A stretch of 64,000 bases of DNA from Amoebidium appalachense (GCA_963693365.1 CAVNZM010000016.1:3747957-3811956); one strand, 5' to 3'. Numbered from the stretch's first letter, positions 25,864 to 47,390 are shown. The notes: generated by a model not told the origin, from the sequence alone. Translations and numbers: made by a program.

Positions 25864-26574
25864 AAACGATTACCGAAAACTCCGTCTCAAAAACCCCGAT
25901 TTTGCGACGGTTGGTCATGTGGATGTGTCGATGTCAAACACGTGTTTTTTCGAGGTTGCCGTCGCAATTTTGTTGATTTTTTCCCCCCTTTTTTTTATCT
26001 CCCGTTCGAGTCTTTAATTCTTTGCATCCACATTCAATCCGCTTTGGGATTGTGTAGTTCGTAACTTTATGTAATAACAGTTACCGAAGCAATAATTCCA
26101 CCGGGAATGGAGGGTCGCCCGCAGCCAATCGAAATTGGGGGGGAATGTGCTGTTTATTAACGACATGTAGGTGAGCTGTGAAATAGAAACGACTACCCTG
26201 AAAAACGTGGAGGCCAGAGTCAGACGCTTTACAGCTAATCCAACCTCCAACGTGTCCACGCAATAAAAAGTGTGTAAACCCCAACAGGATATACGTTTAG
26301 AGTTTCAAATCGAAATTCTGGTGGGATTTGGCGAGAGGGAGGGAGTCTTTTCCACCCCGTCTCTTACTCGAATGCACTGGTACGGATTTCCTCCTTTTTA
26401 AACGTTTGAGTGGAGAAATTGTCAATAAAAAATAAGAAGGCACTAAGTAGTTATCTGTAGATATACAATGCACGGGCAAGGTGCATGTTTTTGAATTCCA
26501 GCCTGCAGCCAAGGCAGGAAGTTTACATTTTGGACATGGTCTTTTATATTGTCGCTTAGCAGTTTGGCTCGTAA

Positions 26575-27105
26575 ATATTGTTTATATTATCGACATGCAT
26601 GTGACATATTGTTATTATCGACATAAAAGTGAGGCTGTGATATGGTGCCGGCACCAAGCCTTAGGCTAGCAGTTCTCTCACTTGACAGATTTGACAAGCC
26701 GTAGGCACATAGCTACATAGAGTTAACGTTATTGCGAGATATAAATTAATTAAATATATAGAGGTATATTTTAGTATTCATGTAATTACACAGGCACGAG
26801 GTAGTCTAGTCAACTGGGGGTTCAAACAGTGGAATTTTGATCAGTGTAGTGCATTGCACTCCCATATGTTATAGCTTCTTCACATCTATCTATAATTTGT
26901 TGATCAGCAATATACATATAACTTGTGCTGTTTATTATCGGCACACATGTACATGTGAGGCTGTGACAATATTCCTACCTTTTTTTAGGGCTTGGTGCGA
27001 GATATAAGTTATATGTAGAGAGGAATATTTTGGTTTTCCTGTATTGACACAGGCTCGAGGTTATATTAGTTGCATCAAGTGGGGGTTCAAACAGTAGAAT
27101 TTTTC
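26575..27105. repeat. Degenerate tandem duplication
   Basis: Blocks TTATTATCG..GTGAGGCTGTGA and GCGAGATATAA..ACACAGGC.CGAGGT..TGGGGGTTCAAACAGT.GAATTTT each occur twice (26610-26840 and 26930-27105). Confidence 0.7.
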
Positions 27106-27114
27106 CTCATGATC

Positions 27115-27153
<39 letters not shown>

Positions 27154-27578
27154 ACCCCCCCCACACACACACACACACACGGCCGTCTCGAAAATCTATT
27201 TTTCTGCGGTGTTCCAGTGGGCCGTGACCACACCTTCCTCTCCTCTCTCCCCTTCCATGGCAGGTCCCATTTGGTCCAGCACACACGGACCATGGCTATA
27301 GTTACTGTAGTAGTATTACGCACGGACGTGCACACACACACCGTGCGTGACAAGATGCGACATACATAAATATGTACACATGTGCACACATGGGCGGGTG
27401 CACACGCACACGTGAGCGCGCGCGCGCGGACACACACACACACACGCACGCACACCTGATGCACACACGCAGTCCACAGGTACACATGTAGTACATCTAA
27501 CATGCATTAATATTTAAATGAATTTGTGGCTTATCACACACCCTCGTCCCTTCCCCATAAGGTAGGGCCACATTCTCA

Positions 27579-27610
<32 letters not shown>

Positions 27611-28171
27611 TCACCCATTCTCCCTTAAATGATCTCCTGTCTCCTCCCTTGTCCTTACATTCTCTCTCGCACCCACTCAGCCCTGAAAACACTTCTCCCC
27701 TGTGCACGTTTACGAAACACGTGGAGAAATTTCATGATTGTTATGTCACCATATTGAGGTCATCGCACCACTCTGCTGTAAGAAACAAAGAGTTCAAATT
27801 AAATTTAAAATTTTTATTTGGTAGTATTAAAAAAAAAAATCGAACACTGGCAGATTTCACTTCAGGCAATCCCTTAGTGAGGTTTGAGGATGCAAAAATC
27901 GACCTCCCCCCCTCCCCGCCACCGCCACCACCTTTAAAAAAAACAAAAAAAAAAATTTTTTTTTAAAAAAAAAACCATTTTTCCTGAAAAACAAACATCC
28001 GGCCTGCAAGTATCCGCAGGAGGGACTGCACTTCAGCCCCCCAGGGCTCAAAATTCTAGTCCTACCTCCATTCGACCTAAAAAACAAAAATTACTAACTT
28101 CCAAACCAACTCCCAAACATGGAAAATACCGGACTTACACGTCAATTTCTCTGGAGAATAAGACAAGTTTT

Positions 28172-28655
28172 CTACAATCGTCTAGAAAGTTTGTTCATTT
28201 CATTCATGAGCATCCTCAACCTCCCAAACCCAAACCCCCCCACGACACTATCGGTGAGAATTTTGCCATTTATGGCTAATTCTGGTGCCTCGCCATTCGC
28301 CATTGGATACAAATCACTCACGTTTACAGGCGGCATACCCACCCCATACAGCCACGCGTCAAAATCGACCCCTTTACTCTCTTTCGGAAATTCGCTTTCG
28401 AAAAACGCCAAAAACATATCCGTGGTCACCGTCTCACCTGCGAATTTCTTGACATATCCCTTCATGAATTCGACAAAACGTTTTCTTCCTACGGTTCTTT
28501 CGAGGTGGTCGATAAAGTGGAACCCCTTTTCATATGGTATGGATGTGAAAAGTGGGGAAACCCCGTTTGCAACATCCAAAACAAGACGGGTTTTTTCCAG
28601 TTGTCCGGTCTTTTCCTTCTGATTGACCTCGGCCTGCGGGTGTGGGTGTGTGTGT

Positions 28656-28695
<40 letters not shown>

Positions 28696-29226
28696 GGGGT
28701 GTGGGTGTGTGTGCGGGTGTGCATGTAGGTGGGTATGGGTGAGTGGACAGCTGTGCGGGCAAGTAGATATGGATGGGTAGAGGTTGTGGTGCGTGGTGGT
28801 GGTGTAGGGTGGGGGGGCTTGTGTGTGTGTGTTTGTTTTTGTTTGTTTGTTGTTTTGTTTGTTCCTTTTTTTGTTGGTGGTGGTTGGGGAAGGGGGGGGG
28901 GGGGAATCTATGTTTCGTGATGGTGAGAGCTGACGCAGTCGTGTGGCTTTTATTCGTGTCTTTGGGAGGGAAGGAGTAGGGGGAACAAAAAAAAGGGGGA
29001 AGAGGGGGGGGGGGGGGGGGGGGGGGGGGGGAAGCGAGAGAAAAAGAGAGAGAGAGATGGTGGGTGACAGGCAGGCAGGCAAGCAGGAGAGGAGGGAGGG
29101 AGGGAGGGAGAGGAGGGGAGAGGGGGAGAGAGGGAGGGTGGGCGGGAGGGGGCGGAGAGAGAGGGATGAGAGAGAGATTCGCGCAGGGGAGAAGGGGAGG
29201 GGAGGGGGAGGCGGGCCGGCGGGCAA

Positions 29227-29258
<32 letters not shown>

Positions 29259-29646
29259 GGTTGGAATTTTGTTTCCCACCTGCAAAGCACCCCACATAGT
29301 CCGAATCTGCCGGTTCACATTCTCGTCGTTCCCATCGTATTGCCTCTCCATGGTTCTTTGCAGCCAATTGGCAAAGCCCTCGCTTAGCCATATATGGCGC
29401 CATGTTGCGGGGCCAATGTAGTTCCCCAGCCACATGTGGGCTACCTCGTGCATGGGCACAGACGGGTTGAGGTCTTTCTGCGTGAGAAGTATTGGGTGCA
29501 GCTGGAAAAAAAAAAAGAAGACGACGAAAAGAAGGGGGGGGGGGAAAGGGGGGGGGGGGGGGGGGGGGGGGGAGGAAAGCAAAGTGGGGGGGGGAACGAG
29601 AAGGAAGGGGGGAAGGAACGTGCCCCCGGGGGGGGGGGGGGGGGAA

Positions 29647-29686
<40 letters not shown>

Positions 29687-29852
29687 CTTCGTTAGAGATT
29701 TTTGTAGACAGTACGAACGGAAAAAATTCATAACGGGTAGCCCCCAAGCAATTATGCAAAAAGAAAAAATTATTCTAAGAAAAATAGGGAAACGCCCAGA
29801 ACGTATGCAGTAGTGGCGGTGATGGCAGGGGTGGCGGGTTGGGGGACGCGCA

Positions 29853-29889
<37 letters not shown>

Positions 29890-30865
29890 GATGGCACAGC
29901 CGTTCGTAGAGATGTGATCTAATTTACTATTATATTTACTAGTGTGATAAATAACTACAACTACCAACGATGCAAGCGATGCAATATTCATCATCAGCAA
30001 TATAACCATTATTGTTTGTATTCAATTATTACTACTAAATTAGATTGTTTTCTTAAATGTTTTTCAAGGGATTGGTGCCTACTTGTATCATGTATGGGAG
30101 CTCCAAGCCGTCCCCCGGGAAGGTCACAGGCATGACCACTGCATAGTTGCGCTTAAAGGGATAGGGGGCACCCAGGATGTGCTCACCCATCTCCACCCAC
30201 CTGCAAAGTACCATATATGGTAAAAGTTGGGTACGAACAACTCGTGCATGCTTTAAACATGGGCTGAGAAGGCATTTCAGATTTCAAAGCCCATTCCCAC
30301 TCAAAGGCTTGCAACAGCTAATAGTGCAATGCATGGGTTTTTGGGTTAAAGGGTAGGATGTGCTTACCCATCTCCACCCACCTGAATGAGCCATAAATGG
30401 TGAATTGGACCTGAATCAAGTATTGCATACTTGAAGAATTGAAAAAATAGGATGTGTTCACCTATTTCCACCCAAGTGCATTATGCCATACATGGTAAAG
30501 CCTTGTTTGGGGGGCAGGAAAGGGGGAGAGGGGGGGGGGGGGGGGGGGGGTAGAAGTGTAATACCTATCTATATTTTCAAACACTTTTGCCGCCTGGTCA
30601 ACAATACTCGGATCACCGTACACGGCGCTCCTCCCAGGCACAGAGGAGGGTAAATCCCTCTTCTCCATAGGGCCGACTATCACAGACATTAAATATCCAG
30701 GAAGGGATATCTCCTGGGAAAATTTGTATATCACGTGATCACCCTCCGTCCAATGGCGTTGAGGCATTGCGGTTGCTAGGGCGGTAACGTTGTGTGATTT
30801 GGGCACGTGAACGGTGATGGTGTATGGGAACCGAACAAGAGGGCTATCCTGTTGTGTGTGTGTGT

Positions 30866-30905
<40 letters not shown>

Positions 30906-30942
30906 GTTGGGCCGGTGGGTGGGGGTGTGTGTGTGTGTGTGT

Positions 30943-30973
<31 letters not shown>

Positions 30974-31159
30974 TGGGCGGGTGGAGGGGGGAGGGGGGGG
31001 GAGGGAGGGGGCTGTTGGGTAAGTGTGTGTGTGTGTGTACGCACACGCATTGGGGGGAAAGGGGGAAGGGAGGTATACAGGGGGAGGGGGGGGGGGGGGG
31101 GGGGGGAATATCTTTGCGGTACGTTGGTGTGAGTCTAAAGTGTGAATGTACGAGAGGGA

Positions 31160-31195
<36 letters not shown>

Positions 31196-31797
31196 AATAG
31201 GGGGGGGGGGGGGGGGGGGTTGAATGCGGAACACGGTACAAAGTACGCATACACGACGAGAAGCATGGTGCAGGACACATGCAAAGGCAAACATTCAAGT
31301 ATGCAAGATCAGCCATGTGCACAGTATGCGTCATAAGCAGAGCCCATCCTCAGGGAGGACCCAAGGGGGGGGGGGGGGGGGGGGGGGGGAGGGGGGGGCA
31401 AGAGAGAGTGTGTGTGTGTGCGCAATCCCCTTTTACCAACTTTTACCAAGGATGTCAAAATGAAGAGAATGACAGACACTGGCATGTACGTTTTTGAAAC
31501 CAGCCCCCCCCCCCCCCCCCCCCCCCCCTTCACCCCCTCCACTTCTTTCCCAAGCATTAACACCATCACCACCACCAACACCACTAGCACACATACACAG
31601 ATACACTTATTTATTCTTCAGCAGACTACGATATTTTCTCTCCAAAAACCACCAAGACTTTGATCCAAAAGGGGGGAGGGGGGGGGGGGGGGGAGAAGCA
31701 CCAGTGGAACCAAAAAAGAAGCAAGCCCCCTCCCCCCTCCCCCCTCCCTCAAACCCCACCCACCTCCACTCCCGCCCCCTCACCTTTCTGTCCGCTA

Positions 31798-31842
<45 letters not shown>

Positions 31843-31924
31843 ACCCTCCCTCAGTCCTCCTCCAATTTACCCCTGTAACATCCCCTCTCCGCCAAAAGAA
31901 AAGAAGTATAACCCTTCATCATCG

Positions 31925-31962
<38 letters not shown>

Positions 31963-32105
31963 ACCCATCACCCCCCCCCCCTCCCCCCCCCCCCCCTCCC
32001 CCACTACCACCCCAACCACCCATTTCCAAACAAAATACACACACATACCTACCCCCCCCCCCCCCCCGCCATGCACAAATCCATCCATCCCTTCCCAACA
32101 TCCCC

Positions 32106-32137
<32 letters not shown>

Positions 32138-32161
32138 ACAGATACATCCCCCTCTCCCAAG

Positions 32162-32195
<34 letters not shown>

Positions 32196-32485
32196 CCACC
32201 AACACACCCCCACACCCTTCCCCTCCCCCCCCCCCCTTCCCCTCTCCCCCTCCCCCCACATCCATCCACTTTCCCCGCCCCCCCCCCCCCCCCCCCCCCC
32301 CCAACACACACACACACAGACACATCCCCCTCTCCCAAGCCCCCCCACCCACCCACCCACACACACACACACCCACTCATCCCACCCCCCACACCCTTCC
32401 CCTCCCCCCTCCCCCCACACCCACCCACTTTCGCCCCCTTCTCCCCCCCCCCCCCCCCCCCCCCTCACACACACACACACACTCA

Positions 32486-32555
<70 letters not shown>

Positions 32556-32671
32556 ATCACCCCCCCACCACCACCACCACCCCAACCACCCATCCCCAAA
32601 CAAAATATACACACATACCTACCCCCCCCCCCCCCATGCACAAACACACAGACACATCCCCCTCTCCCAAG

Positions 32672-32709
<38 letters not shown>

Positions 32710-33522
32710 CCCACCCACACACACCCACTCATCCCACCCCCCACACCCTTCCCCTCCCCCCTCCCCCCACACCCACCCACTTTCCCCCCCCCTCCCTCCC
32801 CCCCCCCCCCCCCCCCTCCCCCTACACACACACACACCTGTATAGGCAGTGCCGTTCTAGCCCCATTCGGCTCACTGCTTATATACACCCACGACTCCTT
32901 CCTCCCGGAAGATGCCCCTGGCTCAACCCACCATACAGAAGATCCCTCACCCTGATAAGCATAATACAATACGGAAATTTGTACAAACCGCTTCGTTTTC
33001 CCGTCTTTTTCAGGTGCGTGCGGGTGATTTACGGTGCAAAGATGCGGATTTTCGATTTTCAGCGGGTGGCCCATCTGAGTGGCGAGGCCGGGAAATTTCT
33101 CCATTTCCCATAGGGTCCCCCCTAGGGAGTGTTTCAGCGTGGTGTTGGGGTTTTTGGTGCAAATTACGGACGTTATGTTGAGTAGGTGGGTGTCCAAAAC
33201 GAGAGAATCGGCAAAAGGGTTAAAACTCTCGATGAGAAGGGTGGCATTTCCAACTAGGTAATGGTTGTCAAAATCGATCCTGAATGAGTGTGGATTCCAA
33301 ACAAAATGTTAGGTTTCGTACTCGGTGTATTGGGCAAATGTACCCAGCAGGGAGAAGGGGTCCTGGGGGAAAGAGAGGGGGGCGGACAGGGAGGGAGGGA
33401 AGGGGGGGGGAGGGGGGAGAGGGAGGCGGGGTGGTTGAGGTGCTATAGAAAGGCTACCATGTGTTAAAGATTTTGCAGAATAAGCAAACACACAATGAAT
33501 CTGAAGCATATGTATAGCCGGT

Positions 33523-33553
<31 letters not shown>

Positions 33554-33626
33554 GGGGGGGGGGATAGGTCGAGTAAAAGCAATCTGGGGGGATGGGAAGG
33601 AGCGGGCGTGGACTGGGGCGGGTTGT

Positions 33627-33659
<33 letters not shown>

Positions 33660-34257
33660 GGGGGGGGGGGAGAGGGGAGGGGGGAGGGGGGGGGGGGGAT
33701 AGTGGAACGGCAGATAATCAAGGGTCGCTGTGATGATAGTCTTTTAGGATGTGCAGAGGTATAGGTAGGTGACAATCGATGAAAGGCAAGGGGGCAAAGA
33801 AAAAATGGGTGGGGGGGGGGGGGGGGAAGGGGGGGAGGGGGCAGGGCTCTAAGAAGTGTCCTTCTTTGCACACATGCGCAGACAAAAGACTTTGAAATAG
33901 AACAACGGCAAGAAAACTTTATAAGCAGACCAATCACTCAAGATACTGAATTCAATGAGCGGATAGAGCTGCTTTTCTACAGAAAGATTGTGGTGGGCGC
34001 TGCGGCATAAACAAAGGCAGCTTTCAGCACCTATAATGGTCCAAGCATGTATCCATGAAGAGCGAATGAATGTGATTACTGCATACCGACATTAGAAGGA
34101 CAAGCAAGAGACCCCACCTGACATCCCAATCCACGTGCGCCACCCTCCACCTGTCCAGGTCCGCGTATGTGTTGTGGTCCCATTCGCCCAAAACGGGCCC
34201 GCCGGAGGAATGCCGTGCCCCTGAGGCAAGAACAGCAAGAGCAAATGACAGCCGCAT
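28172..34257 (-). CDS. M1 family zinc aminopeptidase, leukotriene A4 hydrolase/aminopeptidase B-like, with signal peptide-like N-terminus (about 555 aa). Exons 34257-34118, 33279-32838, 30848-30565, 30200-30083, 29501-29280, 28633-28172
   Basis: Six phase-consistent GT-AG exons. LTA4H-type landmarks: DHNTYAD, LVLDT, ARTALPIQDSP, HEVAHMWLGN...WLSEGF (HEXXH-X18-E), SIPYEKGF (catalytic Tyr), FDAWLYGVGMP. The N-terminus MRLSFALAVLASGA is signal peptide-like. Confidence 0.92.
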
Positions 34258-34771
34258 GATTGTTTCTTTTATAACAAAATAATCTATGTTTATGTGTTTT
34301 TCTCCATCTGCTCGAGGGTATCGAAAGTGATGCAATGTAATAACTTCAACTTGAGTACAATCTAATAACTAATATACTTGAGAGCTGCACACGGGGAAGG
34401 TCCGACGGCCGTGCAGAATCTGCAGATGCGGTGCACGTTGTGAGGAAGCGTGGTGCGTGTCGCCAATACAACCCTGTACATTATGTTACCTTATTTGGTC
34501 TGTTGGGTGCTCCATACACCAATAGATATGTGCAAGACCAGGGTTAGATATTATAACGAATGGTCTGCAGCCCGTAAACAGACCATGATAAGATGAACGT
34601 GTGTGCCGAGGGCCGAGGAAGCACCAAAAAACTAGAAACAGTGTCATAACCTTTACCTATCCAATCGCCTTTATCGTTGCTTCATCTTCTCGTCTTCTTC
34701 ATCGCTCTTTTTTTGTGTTTTTACTGAAGAGGCTAGGGAGGGCGGGAGGGATCCGGAGGGGGGGGGGGGGG

Positions 34772-35508
34772 TGTTGCAGGAAAATCGTGTGTCCAGGAAA
34801 ATCGTACTCCCCCTAAACCCCCGGTCAGGAAAATCATGTTGCCTCGTCCACGTATAAGATACTAGGACTTGATCAAAGGTAACACATTCATCATTGTCAT
34901 AGCACCTAAGCAATTCTTTACGAAAGAGCACGATAATTTCCAATCCAATTATTTATCTAATCAAACTAGTCTTCACATCGTTGCGCGGAGGGGTACACTG
35001 TGGCGATTCCGCTGTGGTCTGATATTCACAACCACATTGTAGTACATTACGGTTAGATTATGTATGGACCCAACGAGTACCAGCCCCAATATTGTCCAGA
35101 TTGTCTACCGTATCCTTAACTATTTAATTGCGCTAAGGAAGACGGAACTGGCGCGCATCATGACCAGTTTCGTCTGGCTGGTGCATTTCAATTAGTCGCA
35201 CACGGCATTTAGATCAGCCAAGCACAGAGAAAAAGACGGATAGAAGAAGGGGCCGGGGGGGCCGGGGGAGGTAAAAACGACGACTAATTCCGATGACGTC
35301 ACAATGACGTCACAAAACCCGCGGGTTCTATGACGTCAAAATGACGTCACAGAACTTGCGTCACAGAACCTTCGATGACCACAAACCAACACCTTCGGCA
35401 TTTACGGGCGTGGTTATTGCTGTCGGTAATGAATCTCTGAGTCGAAATTGGACTTCCTAGACGCCATTTAGTCTGGCTAGGGAGGGTTAACGTTGCATTT
35501 GAAAACGA

Positions 35509-35541
<33 letters not shown>

Positions 35542-35700
35542 GGGGGGGGGACTCGGTCTCATGATCATGATCGGTTATCCTATCATCCCCTCCCCTTCCC
35601 CCCCCCCCCCCCCCCCCCCCGGCCCCGCCCCTCCTCCCTTCCCAAACCTCGGCCCTCCTCCCCCCCTCCCCCCGCCCATCCCCCTGTACACCCCTCCTGT

Positions 35701-35755
<55 letters not shown>

Positions 35756-36094
35756 ACCCCCTTGTCTGGGCGGGACCTACAGTATTATATAATTAAACAC
35801 CATGGCCAGGCTCAAATTCTATCCACTATCCCCCCCAGCCCCCCCCCCCCCCCCCCCTCCCCCCCTCCCTGAGGCCAAAATTCCATCCACCATCCCCCCC
35901 CACCCAAGCTCTCGATTACCTAGGCCTCCATACCAATGTCAAATTCAACACTCCCCTAATTAAGCTTGTTGGTCGGCCGCGGCACCGAGCTCGAGAGCCG
36001 GTGTATCTTATGTGTGGACGGGGTGACATGATTTTCCTAACAGGAGGGTTTAGGGGGAGTACGATTTTCCTGGACACACGATTTTCCTGCAACA
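34772..36094. mobile_element. Non-autonomous DNA transposon with about 90-bp TIRs and TGT...ACA termini, inserted in a poly-G run
   Basis: 34772-34862 (TGTTGCAGGAAAATCGTGTGTCCAGGAAAATCGTACTCCCCCTAAACCC...ATAAGATAC) is an inverted repeat of 36003-36094, with the first 49 bp perfect. AGGAAAATC occurs three times per TIR. G-runs flank both sides. Confidence 0.85.
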
Positions 36095-36574
36095 GGGGGG
36101 GGGGGGGGGGGGGGGGGTTGTAGTGATGCATGCATGGACTTTCCTGGCAGCAGCTAGATGTAGGAAAGTTCCCTTCAAGCTATTGGAATGCAGTGTGCAG
36201 TAGGGGTTGTAGACATAATAAACATAGTTGGTAAATAATAACGTCGCAGTTGCTTTGAAGCATAATTTACTCGTGACATCGTCAGGGTGGTCTAATTAGG
36301 TTACAGTTGGCATGTCTACATGATATCAACTCCTGCATGCGCAGTATCACTGTTCCAAAATTTAGTGCAATTACGGCAAGTGTTTCAGAGAAACCCCTCC
36401 AAGTTTTATGAGAGTGTACAGAGACTTGTGATATCCTTATTTATCAACCCTACAGATGTGGTTACACGTGTACACAATCACGCATGTATGGTTTATGTAT
36501 GTGAGTGTCACGAGTGCGAGATGCCTGTGTCTGTGCGTGTGGGCGTGTGTTGGCGTGTGTGTGGGTGTGTATGT

Positions 36575-36613
<39 letters not shown>

Positions 36614-37241
36614 AAGGTGTGTGTCTGTGTGTGTGTGTACGGTGTACATGTGTGCAAGGGTGAACAACGAGAAATATGCTCACATCGGTGTAAATATATG
36701 CCGCATCATAATTTCAAGACTTGAAGGAAAGGGGAAAAGCTGGCCATTACATGAAGCCGAGCAACGTTTTACTGGTGGTAAGATGTACTATACATGTTCA
36801 ATACGCCAGTTGCATACATACACCTATACTCTATGCGTATGTGGCTAATCACGCTTGTATGTAGGTACAACAAGAGGGTCCAACTACAGTAAGAAAAAAC
36901 CTGAAAATATTGGTACATAACGTTTGATTCCACATAACCCGAATCTGACTGTACATCATGGCAATACATACAAAATTTAGTCAAGGCAATACAAGGCTCC
37001 CACGTGTTAATTTAGTCGAATAACATTGTTGCGATAGAAAATGAACATTCATTCAAATTTCTGTTTGAAATATCATATCATGAATATTCATGGTTTGGCT
37101 TACACGCTGGATCCCGGGAAAATGCGACACGGTATATGTGTTGTCAGAAGCCGTCGAGGCACGCGCGTCCATGTCGTCCGCGGTCTTCACAGTATATAAA
37201 AATGTAGAAATCAACAAAAATCCAACTCAAATTTAAGGAAT

Positions 37242-44688
<7,447 letters not shown>

Positions 44689-46527
44689 TTTTTTTTTTTT
44701 TTTTCGTTGTTTTGGTTTTTTTGAGGAGGTTTATAAGCAAATTTGTTAACAGTGATGATGTTAAAGGCTTAAACTTGGTGTATGTTTTGACTGTGAAATA
44801 TAGCGTTTGAGCGCAGTGTAATCGAGCGTTCACCTTGTGGGTGGCCCTACGGAAAAATGGTCAAAAAAAAAAAAAAAAAAAAAATCGCGGGGGGATGTGA
44901 TTCTTGTGGTGTATACGAGTGTTGATATCGGATATCTGTAATTTGCCTTTGGGCAGCAGGTATGTTTACAAGCTCAACTATTCTAGCGTATTTTCAGAGA
45001 GTTTTTGTGTGATGGGCGTGCTAATCAGCTCGAAAGGCGCAAATTGAGAAGGCAGGTCGTATGCAGGAAGCGAATTCGAAAATAGGACTCGGTGATCAAA
45101 AGGCTTAACTACAACACGAATAGAGTGAGATGTGCTTTTGCAATATTGTCTTTTCTTCAAAATGCCTATGTATTTGTGAGTAGGGATTATGTTTTTGCCT
45201 CTATATCTCAACTACGTATACCTAGACATAACACGTCTATTGTAATAGTTCATGAGAAAGGTTTTCGTTTTGGACAAACTTTCTGTTTCACACGAGCCTC
45301 TCATGATCATCGTCATCCAACTTGACAATACGGTTGGAAACCCCTAGATCTGTGTTGACGATCCAAAATACGGAAAATGTATGTCGTGAAACTTTACGGT
45401 AAAGGTGTTTCGGGCAGCGCGCACGTATTTCAAAGCTGTAAATTCGCAGCGGCGCTGCATACGTTAATCTTATACTGATAACTATGGTTAATGGCGGCAT
45501 AGTTGTCTTATGGGAACAATATAAATACATTCTAATTTACATGAAAAATGAACATGGGGTTTCATCTCAGAGATGGCGAAACTCGGAAGCTACAGTGCTG
45601 TCTAGGCTACGTTTCATTGGGTTTACACAACCAATCATACTATCGGAATGTTTTGCAATCCAGATATCACCTTTATATGGTTATTTTGTGGCACCCAACC
45701 TTTAGGCACCTAAGAATGTAACATATTACGACTTTTCTAATTAAAGACAACCCTATGTATATATAGAGTATATGACTCGATAAGTTATATTCTTTGTATT
45801 CATTTATTCCGCATAATCACATGCTTACTGTGATCAATCCCAGGAAATGCAAGTTTAAACTAATATAATAATATTGATATGAAGTTTTTGGGGATCCATT
45901 TTGTCTCTTAGTCAGCCAATCAGCGCACGCGGTCTCAGACCCACAACAGACCAGGGTGTACAATTTTGCATCTCCTCCGTGAAACCAGGCCTCCCAGCCC
46001 AATAAATGGGCTCTATAACATGTTTTCAGCGGCATTTTTTCTTTTACATTTGCCCCTGATACATAGAGCGGAAAAACAGTCAGTGTCTTTAACCCCCAAG
46101 AATATTGTAGAGGGGAGACTCAGACAGCGACGTGGTGACGTCCGGCCCCTGTGCACGTGGCCACGGCACACGGTATGTAGCACGGTGGCCGAATCGAATT
46201 CAGCGCATCGTGAAGCGGAGGAGAGGGGAGACAAGAGAAATAATTGGAACAGAAAAACTAAAGGTCCGACACGGTGCACCCCACAACACACTGTGGAACA
46301 CACACACACACAGACACACGTGCTCACACACACACACACACACACACACGGGGGTACATAATGCATGCACGTGTGTACACACAAACGTGATATTGGAGCA
46401 TACACCGGTCACACACGAGCACAACGATGATGATACCCACAGTGTCATGTGGACACACGCATAACACACACGCACACACACGCACACATACACACACACA
46501 CGCGCGCGCGCGCGCGCGCACAAACAC

Positions 46528-46558
<31 letters not shown>

Positions 46559-47260
46559 AACACACACACAAACACACATGTACATGTATACACCCAATGT
46601 GCATATGCATGCACGCGTCCATGATGCGCGTACACGCGCACATACACATCCACATACCCTCACGAATCGAGAAGTGGGGGGGGGCTGGGGGCTGGGGAGA
46701 GAGGGGGGGGGGGGAGGGGAGAGAGAGAGAGGGAGGGGGAGAGAGAGGGAGAGAGGGAGAGAGAGGGATAGAGAGGGAGAGAGGGAGGGAGAGAGGGGGG
46801 GGGGGGGGGGGGGGGGAGGGGGAGAGAGAGAGAGAGAGAGAGAGAGCCTAAGAGAGAAGAGGAGGGAGGGAGAGAGGGGGAGAGGAAGAGAGAGAGAGAA
46901 AGATAGTGAGTGACCGAGAGGGAGAGAGGGAGAGGGGGAGGGAGAGTGGGAGAGGGAGAGACAGAGAGAGGAGAGAGAGGGAAAACAAGAGAGAAGGCCC
47001 GGGGGGGAAGGTTGAGAGAGAAACAGAGGGACAGACGGAGGAGGAGCGGAGAGCTCGAGAGAGAAAGAGAAAGAGAGATATAGAGAGGGGGGGGCAGAGG
47101 GGGAGGGAGAGAGAAAGAGGGAGAGAGAAGAGTAGGGGGGGGGGGGGTGCGGTGGGTGCATGCATTATGCGTGCACGTGCGTGTGTGTGCGCGCGCGCGG
47201 GTGTGTGTGCGTGTGGGTGTGAGTGAACGTGCGGGCGGGTGGGCGTGTGTGCATGCTATT

Positions 47261-47310
<50 letters not shown>

Positions 47311-47359
47311 TATGTGTGTGTGTGTGTGTGTCACTGTGTGTGTGTGTGTGTGTATGTGT

Positions 47360-47390
<31 letters not shown>

